Assembly (NCBI GenBank): GCA_946404585.1
Contig: CAMJEC010000002.1
Span: 1 to 37,200, forward strand
DNA from: an uncultured Bacillales bacterium
Lineage (GTDB): Bacteria; Bacillota_I; Bacilli_A; RFN20; CAG-826
Length of the DNA: 37,200 nt
Direction: 5' to 3'
Below the pieces are notes generated by a model. The model was not told the DNA's origin. It made no database searches and worked only from the letters and a program-made list of their open reading frames with translations. Position numbers and translations under genes: made by a program. This document shows positions 9,412 through 18,867 of the stretch, piece after piece (the first letter of the stretch is position 1; each line of letters starts with the position of its first letter).

Positions 9412-9438
9412 GATCAAGGAAACTTGGTCTTTTTCTTT
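9412..9438 (+). terminator. Rho-independent terminator
   Basis: Stem GATCAAG (9412..9418) / CTTGGTC (9423..9429), GAAA tetraloop, then TTTTTCTTT. Confidence 0.7.
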
Positions 9439-9607
9439 GATGAAAGCTGGATTTCATACGTAATCACACGAAAGTCTCTTAAGTTTCGTTTAAGTGTGCG
9501 TATGTAATAATTTTATAAATGGTATAGAATATATACTAGTTAAGTAGGAAGGTATAGACATCAGTTCATGCCTTTTAACAAACAAAGAAAGGAAAATCAT
9601 ATTAGAA

Positions 9608-11461
9608 ATGAAAAAGATTTTTAAGAGACTTACTTTTTTAGCGGTGCCATTCATGGTTTTAGGCTGCGCTGGTCCAATCGGTAGTAATAGTAACCAAAGC
9701 ACCTCTAATCAACAACCTTCTGTCAATAGTAGTAGCGCTAATCCTTCATCAGATAAGTCAAACAGCGCTAATCCAAGTGCTTCATCCAGTAATGGTGGTG
9801 ACCATACCCATACATTTGGTCAATGGAAGACAGAAAGCTTAGGCACAAAGATTAATGATGCCCGTTTCAAATATTCCACAATCAAATATAGAGAATGTAG
9901 TGTCTGTCATTATGAAGAAATAGATAGTCAACAAGCAGTCTTACCAGAAATTAGATTTGATTATAATCCTAATGATCCAAACGCTAACTTCGCTACTTCC
10001 GCTAGAAGTACCGATACAACTAGACCAAAAGTTAACGGTAAGTTAAGAATTACAAATGCTGGTGATAAGAACACCGCTAGTGCAATTCCTGACGTTGATA
10101 TAAAAGTCAGAGGTAACCAAACTGCTGGCTTTGATAAGAAAGGTTTCCAAATTAAATTTAATGCCTCTAAAACAAACCTCCTTGGTTTAAATGGTGGTAA
10201 GAAATTTAAGAAGTGGGTCTTATTAGCGGACGCTAAGGATACAACAATTTCCAGAACTGCTTTAGGTATGACAATGTCTAAAGGTGTTATCAGTGCTGAT
10301 TCAAATGTTTGGAGTTCTGACTTCACACCTGTTAGTGTTTACCTCAACGATAAATACTGGGGCATGTATATGCTCGCCGAACAAAAAGAAGTTAAAAACG
10401 GCAGAATCAAATTAGATGAACCAGAAGATGCAGATGAAAATCCAATTATGACCACTGACATCGGTTACTGTTTCGAATTAGACTACTACGCTAAAAACGA
10501 ACCAGCTAAAGGCGCGGATGGTGATCCAACTTTCTCTATCAACTATGGTAACTACTTTAAAAGTAGTGACTATAAGATTGAAAGCTGCTTAGCGAACTCT
10601 GGTTTAGGTCTTGTGTCAACATACACTATGAACTCAGATATCAATGATGGTCCAACAGATGCTCATACAACTGATGCAAATAGTAATCAAGTGAAATGGA
10701 TTAAAGCTAGATTACAAGCCTTATTCAATGTCTTAGGCGAAGCCGCTAAGAATAAAGTTGCTAAAGATATTAATAGTAACAACGAAGTTATTTCTACTTC
10801 CTTATCCGTTAGAAAAACAATCGAAAAGAACTTCGACCTTAACGCTTGGGCAGAAGGCTTCATTATCAATGCTGTCTGCTTACCACCAGATGTTGGTTAT
10901 TCATCATTCTATATGTCATTTAACAACGCTCCTAACGGTGATAAGAAATTAAGATATGATAACCCATGGGATTTCGATAGTAACTTCGGTAATAGAAGAA
11001 ACTTCATTGAAAAGCCAGATACAGCTTCTTCCAGTGGTGGTTGGGGTCAATCCTCATATGATCCATACTTCATGGATAGAACCGCGAATATGTGGTTACA
11101 ACTCTTAGGCAAACTTGACTTCTTCATGAATGACTATGTCAAACCAAAATGGAATGCTGCTAGAGAAAATGGCACATTTGAAGATATGGTTAAATTAGCC
11201 AAGACATACTATAAGTATTACGATAGTGAATACGCGAAGAACTTCGCTAAATGGACAACCACACAAGCCAGTGATAATAACGTTGGTAGTTACTTCAATG
11301 GTGATGGTGTTAATTCCGGTGAATTAAGAAAACCATTCGTGAACGTTAATGAACGTAAAGACGCACAAAAAGAAACACTCAGTTGGTTAGTCAAACGTGT
11401 CAATTATCTTGAAAAGAAATGGGCACCAGAAAAGAATAGAACACCTCTTTCCGCTGATTAA
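9608..11461 (+). CDS. CotH-like lipoprotein
   Basis: Signal peptide with lipobox VLGC and a Ser/Asn-rich linker. Motifs I recognise from CotH-family proteins: KKGFQIKF, DKYWGMYMLAEQKE, NPWDFDSNFG. Confidence 0.55.
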   Translation: MKKIFKRLTFLAVPFMVLGCAGPIGSNSNQSTSNQQPSVNSSSANPSSDKSNSANPSASSSNGGDHTHTFGQWKTESLGTKINDARFKYSTIKYRECSVCHYEEIDSQQAVLPEIRFDYNPNDPNANFATSARSTDTTRPKVNGKLRITNAGDKNTASAIPDVDIKVRGNQTAGFDKKGFQIKFNASKTNLLGLNGGKKFKKWVLLADAKDTTISRTALGMTMSKGVISADSNVWSSDFTPVSVYLNDKYWGMYMLAEQKEVKNGRIKLDEPEDADENPIMTTDIGYCFELDYYAKNEPAKGADGDPTFSINYGNYFKSSDYKIESCLANSGLGLVSTYTMNSDINDGPTDAHTTDANSNQVKWIKARLQALFNVLGEAAKNKVAKDINSNNEVISTSLSVRKTIEKNFDLNAWAEGFIINAVCLPPDVGYSSFYMSFNNAPNGDKKLRYDNPWDFDSNFGNRRNFIEKPDTASSSGGWGQSSYDPYFMDRTANMWLQLLGKLDFFMNDYVKPKWNAARENGTFEDMVKLAKTYYKYYDSEYAKNFAKWTTTQASDNNVGSYFNGDGVNSGELRKPFVNVNERKDAQKETLSWLVKRVNYLEKKWAPEKNRTPLSAD

Positions 11462-11475
11462 TTGTTGCATTTACT

Positions 11476-11502
11476 AAGGGTGGGGCTAACGCTCCACCTT
11501 TT
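11476..11502 (+). terminator. Rho-independent terminator
   Basis: GC-rich stem AAGGGTGGGGC (11476..11486) / GCTCCACCTTT (11491..11501) with two G-U pairs and a TAAC loop. The T tail is short. Confidence 0.6.
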
Positions 11503-11542
11503 AATAAGCTTATAATTAAATTATTGAAGAGGGTTCATATTT

Positions 11543-12580
11543 ATGAAGAAAATAGTATTCGTTTTGTTATTACAATCTTTACTTTGTTTATCCGCTTGTA
11601 ATAACACTAACAGTCAACAACCACAAGAACCAGAAGAAAAACCTATTAACGTTTTCATTCTTTCTGGTCAATCAAATATGGAAGGTAATACCCAATTTGA
11701 TGATGGACATGGTTACTTGCAAGAAGGATTAGATGAATTAGGTATTACTGACGCTCAATGTTGCTATGACGGCATCCCAGAAGTACAAACAAGCTTCTAT
11801 GGTGGTCCAGCATTCAATATGAATAATACTCGTGGTTCTAATAAAGAAGACAAAATGGCGGGTCTATTCTTAGATACTGTCTTAGGCATGGGCGCGGATG
11901 ATAAACAATTCGGTCCAGAAGTAGGAGCGGCATATGTTTTAAAAGATCACGCTAGTAAGGAACAACCAATCTACTTTATTAAATCCGCCTTCGGTGGTAG
12001 TGGTCTTTCCGGTGGCTTTGGTCAAAGCTGGGACTTAACCGCTAATCCAAACCTATATAAAGATCATTTAAAAGTATTCGTTGAAAATAACTTAAAACTC
12101 ATTGAAGAAAAAGAAGGTAAGAAACCTACTATTAAAGGATTCTTATGGCATCAAGGTGAAAACGATGCTCAAAGAAGCAACTCCTCTAAATACCAAGAAC
12201 GCTTTGATAGATTAATTGGCCAATTTAGAAGTGACTTTGCTAGTTACGCTCCTGAAGAAAACGGTGACAACATTGCCTTAATTGACTGCTATATCTTTGA
12301 TAAAGGTGATTCTGATTCTGCTTCACTACCATCTGGAGTTACAGTTGGGGATATTAAGCTATTAAACGCCGCTAAGAAAGCGATTAGTGAAGAACGTGAG
12401 AATAACTATATCATTAATTCTTCCTGGCAATACGAAGGTGGTTTAAAGTTACAAGTTAATGAAAACTCCAGTGGTGTAGATCATGGTGGTGTCGGTGGAC
12501 AACATTACTGGGCTAAGGATATGTTCCAGCTAGGCATGGAATACGCTAAGATAATTGTTGAGAACGATTTACTTAAGTAA
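11543..12580 (+). CDS. Sialate O-acetylesterase-like / carbohydrate esterase lipoprotein (GQSNM family)
   Basis: Lipobox LSAC. VFILSGQSNMEGN and WHQGENDA motifs are typical of the sialate 9-O-acetylesterase/DUF303 esterase family. Confidence 0.65.
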   Translation: MKKIVFVLLLQSLLCLSACNNTNSQQPQEPEEKPINVFILSGQSNMEGNTQFDDGHGYLQEGLDELGITDAQCCYDGIPEVQTSFYGGPAFNMNNTRGSNKEDKMAGLFLDTVLGMGADDKQFGPEVGAAYVLKDHASKEQPIYFIKSAFGGSGLSGGFGQSWDLTANPNLYKDHLKVFVENNLKLIEEKEGKKPTIKGFLWHQGENDAQRSNSSKYQERFDRLIGQFRSDFASYAPEENGDNIALIDCYIFDKGDSDSASLPSGVTVGDIKLLNAAKKAISEERENNYIINSSWQYEGGLKLQVNENSSGVDHGGVGGQHYWAKDMFQLGMEYAKIIVENDLLK

Positions 12581-12583
12581 AAG

Positions 12584-12622
12584 AAAAAGGCACTGAACTC
12601 TGAATGAATCAGTGCCTTTTAT
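12584..12622. terminator. Bidirectional rho-independent terminator between convergent genes
   Basis: Stem GGCACTGA (12589..12596) / TCAGTGCC (12609..12616), flanked by AAAAA (12584..12588) and TTTT (12617..12620). Confidence 0.75.
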
Positions 12623-12625
12623 TAT

Positions 12626-13489
12626 TTATAATGCTTTAGCCTTTTCAACAAAAGCATCTATTTTATCTTTTGATACTTTATATGTATGAGAGACTACACT
12701 AGGAGACGAACGATGGAAAGGATTCGCGGGATTATCGAAATAGTTAGTTAGCCTAACTAATTGTTTGTCTTCACTCACCGCGATGAAGAAGTCGCGTTGT
12801 AAACCATAATACACTGTTGTGTCGGGATGGAAGAAAGTATCATCTGTTACTTCTTTATAATCGAAGCTTTTAACATCTTCTAATAAAGTGAGATTGAAAT
12901 CATGCACTTCTTTTTCGTTATACATAATAGTGGTATCTCTTTCCATTCTTCCAATTGTTTCGTAGAAGTTATCTAATGTTGTTTCTTCTTCCGCTTCTTT
13001 GTTAGTGTTGTTATAGATTTCTAGCATTTCAGCGTTTCTAGCTTTAACTGCTTCAATCATTGTTGTGCTTTCTTTTTTAGAAATACTATATTCGGCATAT
13101 TGGCTTATTCTTTCATCACCTTTTTTGCCTTGAGCTAATAAATGGATGCAGTTTTCATAAACCATTAAAAACAAACTATTATAATTACCACGTGTATCAT
13201 CTAGCGTATATGTAAAACCTTCTCCTTCTACATCGGGAGTGGTTTTCTTTAAACGAATAGAGGAGATATTGTTTTTAATTATTTCTGCGACTTTGAATTT
13301 GTAGTCGTTGAAATGAGTTCTAGGGGTTTCACTAAAAACTCTACTTTCTGATCTAAGTGAAAAATAAGTAAATGCATCTTCGTTAATATCTGTTAACCAT
13401 TCTTTAATTGAAATGGTTGGGGCTTGCTGAAAGTCACACGCTGTTAATAGTGACATTGCCACTAAAGGCACTAATAATATCTTTTTCAT
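12626..13489 (-). CDS. Lipoprotein, paralogue family member 1 (function unknown)
   Basis: Start ATG 13489 (MKKILLVPLVAMSLLTAC) with GAGGAA SD. The track's ATG at 13540 lies in the conserved upstream element. Shares family features with 13616..14575, 14589..15515, 33317..34195 and 34203..35144: an xWL motif near the N-terminus, a YEN/YED-x-I motif, and a central acidic E-x-EA-K...NF segment. Confidence 0.75.
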   Translation of the reverse strand: MKKILLVPLVAMSLLTACDFQQAPTISIKEWLTDINEDAFTYFSLRSESRVFSETPRTHFNDYKFKVAEIIKNNISSIRLKKTTPDVEGEGFTYTLDDTRGNYNSLFLMVYENCIHLLAQGKKGDERISQYAEYSISKKESTTMIEAVKARNAEMLEIYNNTNKEAEEETTLDNFYETIGRMERDTTIMYNEKEVHDFNLTLLEDVKSFDYKEVTDDTFFHPDTTVYYGLQRDFFIAVSEDKQLVRLTNYFDNPANPFHRSSPSVVSHTYKVSKDKIDAFVEKAKAL

Positions 13490-13600
13490 ACATTGTTCCT
13501 CACTTTTTTCGAAGTCAATTTTATTCCATGTAAAGTTCATCCTTCTACCAAGATGGTATTTGAATCGTTATTTTTCTTGTCAGGTTAAACCTTACATTTA
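13490..13600 (-). promoter_or_regulatory. Conserved upstream element, copy B (homologous to 4003..4112)
   Basis: On the minus strand, block 1 is at 13598..13577 and block 2 at 13554..13527. It has the same dyad GTAAGGT-N3-ACCTGAC, and the distal repeat arm carries one G-to-A change. It sits between a terminator and the ATG at 13489. Confidence 0.6.
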
Positions 13601-13601
13601 T

Positions 13602-13632
13602 AAAAAAGTCGTGGGTTATTGCCCATCACGAC
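13602..13632 (-). terminator. Rho-independent terminator overlapping the stop codon of 13616..14575
   Basis: On the minus strand: GTCGTG (13632..13627) ... CACGAC (13613..13608), followed by TTTTTT (13607..13602). Confidence 0.55.
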
Positions 13633-14575
13633 CTTCTGGATAATCACCAGATATTATTTTGGATTCTAGTCTTTGAACCGTTCTTTTTGGCACTTCATAA
13701 AAACTATAGTAAGTGACTGTTTCACCTTTGTGATGAGGGAAGGCTCTTTCATATGTATATTTCACTATTAAGTAATTACGCTCTACGAGTTCACCATCTA
13801 GGACTCTATAATGTGGCTCAATATCCACACCCACCATGAGGTTTTCATCAATTTCGTATGAGAATAAGAGTGATCCCATATTCGAATCATCACTATCTTC
13901 TTTGAAGTAACTAGTCCATTTCCTACATTCTTCAAATGTTAAATCATCAAGGAAAGAGCGCTTATCATCTATATAACCTGATCCTTGATAAGAGATAGTA
14001 GGATTAGCTTCGACTGTCTTGGCATAATAGATAGCACCATCCATTGTCCCGCTCATTTTAGCAGTTTCGGTTTCTTGTACTTCGCTTTCATAAACATCAA
14101 GCATTCTATCTTTAGCGGCATTAATGATTGTTTCGCCAGCATATGGCTGCAAGTCATAATATAAGATTTGTGTATACACACCACTAGCAAAGTTAAGATC
14201 CGCACGAGTCATGATACAGTCTTCATAGATACGAAATATTACAACTTCCGCTCTTGGCTTTGGATTACGTAAGAAATACCAAAGATATTCCTCGTTATCG
14301 TTAGTATGATTAGCTTTCTTTCTAGGAGTAGCGGATGTCACATTACTTTTAATTGTATTGATAATATAGTTATCCCAGTCAACAGCGTCATTACCATCTA
14401 AATCAACAGGTCTTTTGCTTTCTGGATAGATGTTATACATATTGCTACGGGTATTTTCCGCGCCATCTAACCATTGTTCGAGAGTAATATCTTCTGGTTT
14501 ATAGGCATTGCCTTTAGCGCAGCCCGCTAATAATGAAGCGGCTAAGACGGGTATCAATAATAATGCTTTCTTCAT
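13616..14575 (-). CDS. Lipoprotein, paralogue family member 2
   Basis: MKKALLLIPVLAASLLAGC lipobox, AGAGGAA SD. It lies 13 nt downstream of member 3, so it is probably co-transcribed. Confidence 0.8.
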   Translation of the reverse strand: MKKALLLIPVLAASLLAGCAKGNAYKPEDITLEQWLDGAENTRSNMYNIYPESKRPVDLDGNDAVDWDNYIINTIKSNVTSATPRKKANHTNDNEEYLWYFLRNPKPRAEVVIFRIYEDCIMTRADLNFASGVYTQILYYDLQPYAGETIINAAKDRMLDVYESEVQETETAKMSGTMDGAIYYAKTVEANPTISYQGSGYIDDKRSFLDDLTFEECRKWTSYFKEDSDDSNMGSLLFSYEIDENLMVGVDIEPHYRVLDGELVERNYLIVKYTYERAFPHHKGETVTYYSFYEVPKRTVQRLESKIISGDYPEGRDGQ

Positions 14576-14588
14576 ATATTATTCCTCT

Positions 14589-15515
14589 CTATTCAGTCAC
14601 TAAAGAATCTAACACTTGTTTTAATTCACCGAACGCTTCCTTACTAATAAGATAAGTAGTACGAACACCATAGTGACCTTCTCGGTAGTAAGAATCCTTT
14701 ATGAATTTTGGTCTATAGTGATAGCAAACCTGAATAACGTTATAGTCATAGCCGTTACTATTAGTGATGACATCTTCTTTGCCAAGCCATAACGCTAAAT
14801 GTTCGTTAAGTTGATAAGTGAACACTGTATTATCGTCATTTAGACTAGGAACATATTCCTGGTTTGGGCTTTTTATACACTCTTTTTCTTTCAAAACATT
14901 TAAGAAAGAACGATTCTCATCTTCAATATTGTTATTGTTATATGTCATCGCAAAAGAAGTGGCTTCTTCTGCTTTTGCTAAGAAGTTTTCTATTGTGGCT
15001 TCTTGTTTTGCTAATGCGGTTTCTTGCTTATAGGTATCTTTGATTTCTTTAGCTCTTCCTACTGCAGCATCAATAATTTTCTTGCCTACTTCTACATCGT
15101 ATGCGTAATAACATCTTTGTTGATAATATTTCTTGCCCACAAAGAAATCGGTAAATGTCATGATATGATTTTCATATACATAAAGAAAGCAGCCATCTGC
15201 ATCATCTTGTTTATTTTGCATTAAATACACAAAGAATATTTCTCCAGTTTCTTCTATTCTTTTATTTTTATGTGTACAGTTACCAAGAGCGTTTTCTTTG
15301 ATAGTTTTAAGGACATAGTTTTCATAGTCCCATTCATCAGCGTCCATATCATATGATTTGAAACCTTTATAGTATAAGTTGCACCAGCCGTTCGCTAGTT
15401 TTTCATCTTCAGCATTTTCTAACCATCTATCAAGAGTGATCGTTTTTGGTTGATTTATATCACAACCAGTCATAAGAGATAGAGCAATAATAGGCACTAA
15501 TAACAATTTTTTCAT
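14589..15515 (-). CDS. Lipoprotein, paralogue family member 3
   Basis: MKKLLLVPIIALSLMTGC lipobox, TAGGAG SD. The 5' coding sequence is close to member 1 at the nucleotide level (TTATTAGTGCCT). Confidence 0.8.
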   Translation of the reverse strand: MKKLLLVPIIALSLMTGCDINQPKTITLDRWLENAEDEKLANGWCNLYYKGFKSYDMDADEWDYENYVLKTIKENALGNCTHKNKRIEETGEIFFVYLMQNKQDDADGCFLYVYENHIMTFTDFFVGKKYYQQRCYYAYDVEVGKKIIDAAVGRAKEIKDTYKQETALAKQEATIENFLAKAEEATSFAMTYNNNNIEDENRSFLNVLKEKECIKSPNQEYVPSLNDDNTVFTYQLNEHLALWLGKEDVITNSNGYDYNVIQVCYHYRPKFIKDSYYREGHYGVRTTYLISKEAFGELKQVLDSLVTE

Positions 15516-15877
15516 ACGCCACTCCTAACTTTTTTATCCACTTTATTATGCGCAAAAGGATATCGTCTATCAAGATGATAGTTATACAAAAATAAGCATA
15601 TAAGCCCCAGAAGCCATATTTTCGTTAAAAAGTTGAATATTTATCTAATTTTTATATCTGTTACAAATAAACCTTTTTATAAAAAATAAATATTTATTTA
15701 TTGATACATGCGCCTAAAGGGCATACCATTATAAATGGAAATTGAGTATAAGGTCATAGTAAGGTTGACCGTTTCTACATAGCACCGTTACTGCTATACT
15801 ACTCAGAAAAAATTTTTGAGTGAAAAAAAATACCAATTTCTATCCCAAAAGGGTATTTTTCACGAAAGGAGAAATAA

Positions 15878-18562
15878 ATGAAAAATAATTTCATTACAAA
15901 AATCATCGGCGCAACGTTGGCTTTCGCTATGATGATCGGTGGTGCTGTTGGCATTAATTCTTTTAGGGAAGCAAAAGAAGTCAATGCTGACCCAGGAGAT
16001 GAGAGTGTTTATAAGGAAGCCAGGTTTGGTGCCGACTATAACAACAATGGTGTATCTTCTTATACAGATACATGGACAGCAACTTATAATGGATTCACTG
16101 TCTCTCTATCAAATTTCAACAACTACAACAATGGTTGGGCTTATGTAAAGTGTGGTAGAAAGAACAACGCTTCTGTCGCGACAATCAGCACATCAGCAGC
16201 AATAGATCAGCCGATAACTAAAGTGGATGTAACAATTGATTCCATCACAGCCGGTAAGGTAAATTCTATTAAACTTTTTAAATCTGCTGATGGCTCTAGT
16301 TGGGCGGAGGTTGGATCTTATGCCAAAGAATCTGGAACAAAAAGTGTTACATTAGCGAACCCTTCTACCGATCTTTATTACAAACTCGAATTCGATTGTG
16401 CGAGTAATACCGCCAATGGCTTTGTGCAAGTATCAAAAGTAGAGTACTATTACATTGAGCCTACTGTTGGAACAAGTTATACAGTGACTTTTAATTCTTT
16501 AGGCGGCGATAGCGTTAATGATAGAGTTGTTTCCGAAGGCGCAACAATTGCATCCTTACCAACCGCGGAAAAAGCAAAAAACACAACAACTCAAACAAAA
16601 TATGAATTCGAAGGATGGTACATTTTATCAAATTCAGATAATCCAAATAATCCTTCGTTCGAAGGTGCAACAAAATTCACTTCTTCTACACAAGTTAATA
16701 GCGACTTAACGCTTTATGCAAAATATACTGAAACACACTACAATGTAGTAACTTTTGATACAGACGGAGGCTCTGAAGTTGAAAGTGTCGAAGTTGATAA
16801 TGGTGGTACTGTTGCCAGACCTGCTAACCCAACAAAGAGTGGTTATCAATTCGATGGTTGGTATACAAACGAAGACGTTGAATATGATTTCAGTTCTACT
16901 ATCACAAACAGAAACTTCACCTTGTACGCAAGATGGACATCAATTGCCATTGAAGAAAATGGTCTATTTGTTAAAGTCACAAGTGCTGAAGATATGATTG
17001 ACGATGGTAAATATTTAATCGTGTACGAAAGTGGAAATGTTGCATTTAATGGCAGTTTAGACACACTTGATGTCGCCTCAAATACAGTTGATGTTGATTA
17101 CGACGGTGAATACATTTTGAAAGATAATAATACAAAAATTGCATATTTCACCATTAACACTACAAACAAAAAAATCATTTCTGCATTTGGACAATTTATC
17201 GGACAAGATACTTATGATAATGGTTTGGACACATCTGTTTCTGGAGGTGACGACAATAACTATAACAACGTTGTCTCATTCGACAATAATGGAAATGCAG
17301 TTATTACCGCAGCAGGAAATACAACTTTGAGATACAATACTGCGTCCAATCAGTTAAGATTTAGATATTACAAGTCTGGTCAAGAAGCAATCCAATTGTA
17401 TAAGTTTGTTAGAACATACACTGTCACATTTGATACTAATGATGGTTCAAATATTGATCCAGTAACTGTTCTTGATGGCAACTTATTAACTCTTCCAAAT
17501 AATCCTACTAAGGCGCCAGATGCCAATTATAACTATAGTTTTGTTGGTTGGTATACCGATGAAGAATTAATGGATCCATTTGTTTCTTCAACGCCTATCA
17601 CGGAAGATATCACTCTTTATGCAAAATATTCTGCAGAAGAAATTGACAACCCAGATGCATATTTGGGTTCAGCAACTTCTGTTGCGTCACTAAGTGCTAG
17701 AGAAACATCTGCCTATGGTAGCCCTAAAACAATTTCAAAAACAGTTGCCCAAGTATCTGGCACAACAACTAATGGTACGCAAGTTGCTGAACTTGTTTTG
17801 AATTCTTCGATCACTGTTTCAGTTAATGCTAACGGAAACAATGGTAAGGTTTATGCCAACGGCGCAGAATGGCGCGTTTATCAAGGTGATAATGCCCAAA
17901 TTAACGTTGCTGCAGCAAATAGTGGAAAAATTAGTTCAATCACATTTGAATTTGATGTTGATAAAGGCGGCGTTTTGAAATACGGCGATGAAACCGTTAA
18001 CAGTGGAGAAGCAGTAGAAATAAATAATTTATCCAGTGCGATTTTCACAGTAGGAAATTCAACAGCTGCTACAAATGGCCAAGTTAAAATTACTGCGATT
18101 AGCGTAACTTATTCTGAAAATGAAGTTACTGTCGATAACGTTTCTATGAAACTTGGATTGACTATTCCAGCAGAACAATGGGGACAAATTGCTGCAAAAT
18201 GGACCATTTCCAACTATGGTATAATGTTATTCAGAACTACTGAAGAAAGATTAGGATTAGTTTCTACTGTTGAAGAATACTTTACTGCAGACCCAGCAAA
18301 TGTTACTATCGTTGATAATGGAGATGGTACAGCTCCAGATCCTGATGGCGATGAATATAGATTCTCAGTGGTGATTAATTTTAGAACTACTGCAGCCTTT
18401 GCTAGATATTACTGTGCCGCACCATTTATTGTTATTAATGGCACATATTATTTCTTAGATGAAATGAGAGTATCAGTTAATTCATTAGCTAGTGATTATC
18501 TTGCAAATGGTGGATCAAACTTATCAACTCAAGCTTTGACATATTTGTCAACAACGCACTAA
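15878..18562 (+). CDS. Large secreted protein with three Listeria-Bacteroides (InlB B / Flg_new) repeats and a C-terminal domain shared with 18868..21945
   Basis: GGAG lies 6 nt upstream of the ATG. Signal peptide (...KEVNA/DP). Repeats end in GWY...TLYAKYT, GWYT...TLYARWT and GWYT...TLYAKYS. The C-terminal ~150 aa align with the C-terminus of the next large protein (TIPxxxW, YGxM, VEE, YCAAxxIVxNxTYYFLxE, SLA). Confidence 0.85.
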   Translation: MKNNFITKIIGATLAFAMMIGGAVGINSFREAKEVNADPGDESVYKEARFGADYNNNGVSSYTDTWTATYNGFTVSLSNFNNYNNGWAYVKCGRKNNASVATISTSAAIDQPITKVDVTIDSITAGKVNSIKLFKSADGSSWAEVGSYAKESGTKSVTLANPSTDLYYKLEFDCASNTANGFVQVSKVEYYYIEPTVGTSYTVTFNSLGGDSVNDRVVSEGATIASLPTAEKAKNTTTQTKYEFEGWYILSNSDNPNNPSFEGATKFTSSTQVNSDLTLYAKYTETHYNVVTFDTDGGSEVESVEVDNGGTVARPANPTKSGYQFDGWYTNEDVEYDFSSTITNRNFTLYARWTSIAIEENGLFVKVTSAEDMIDDGKYLIVYESGNVAFNGSLDTLDVASNTVDVDYDGEYILKDNNTKIAYFTINTTNKKIISAFGQFIGQDTYDNGLDTSVSGGDDNNYNNVVSFDNNGNAVITAAGNTTLRYNTASNQLRFRYYKSGQEAIQLYKFVRTYTVTFDTNDGSNIDPVTVLDGNLLTLPNNPTKAPDANYNYSFVGWYTDEELMDPFVSSTPITEDITLYAKYSAEEIDNPDAYLGSATSVASLSARETSAYGSPKTISKTVAQVSGTTTNGTQVAELVLNSSITVSVNANGNNGKVYANGAEWRVYQGDNAQINVAAANSGKISSITFEFDVDKGGVLKYGDETVNSGEAVEINNLSSAIFTVGNSTAATNGQVKITAISVTYSENEVTVDNVSMKLGLTIPAEQWGQIAAKWTISNYGIMLFRTTEERLGLVSTVEEYFTADPANVTIVDNGDGTAPDPDGDEYRFSVVINFRTTAAFARYYCAAPFIVINGTYYFLDEMRVSVNSLASDYLANGGSNLSTQALTYLSTTH

Positions 18563-18574
18563 GGAGAGAAGATT

Positions 18575-18697
18575 ATGAATGACGAAAAGAAATTTTTAAA
18601 ACCAGAATTAGAAATTATTTCATTTTCTAATGAAGATGTTATTCTTACAAGCAATGTTCTCGACGAAATTGATGAGGATAATCCAGTCGAGCATTAA
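18575..18697 (+). CDS. Unannotated 40-aa ORF, leader-like N-terminus (candidate RiPP precursor or partner peptide)
   Basis: Not in the ORF track (<60 aa). GGAGAG (18563..18568) lies 6 nt before the ATG. Product MNDEKKFLKPELEIISFSNEDVILTSNVLDEIDEDNPVEH, stop TAA at 18695..18697, followed by a terminator. The N-terminal 26 aa are homologous to 21951..22076. Confidence 0.6.
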   Translation: MNDEKKFLKPELEIISFSNEDVILTSNVLDEIDEDNPVEH

Positions 18698-18728
18698 TTC
18701 TGTGCCAAAGTATTAAGTAACTAAAATT

Positions 18729-18752
18729 GGCGGATTTTATTCCGCCTTTTTT
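18729..18752 (+). terminator. Rho-independent terminator
   Basis: GGCGGA (18729..18734) / TCCGCC (18741..18746), 6-nt loop, TTTTTT tail. Confidence 0.8.
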
Positions 18753-18867
18753 AGTTTCAATAAAACGCATATTTGTATTGATGGCTACAAACAAAAACAA
18801 ATATTTGCTGGAAAAACGCCAATAATAGTTATATTATTAAGTGCTCACTACTGTGACAAAATAAATT

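Noticed and set aside
15516-15877. c-di-GMP riboswitch (GEMM-I/II) or other riboswitch in front of the large surface-protein gene, given the c-di-GMP genes nearby
   Set aside because: I could not find the conserved GEMM core sequences (for example the GGCAAACC / ACGCAAAGCC type). Only weak, A/T-only hairpins (15826..15860) are present. A covariance-model scan would be needed for certainty.
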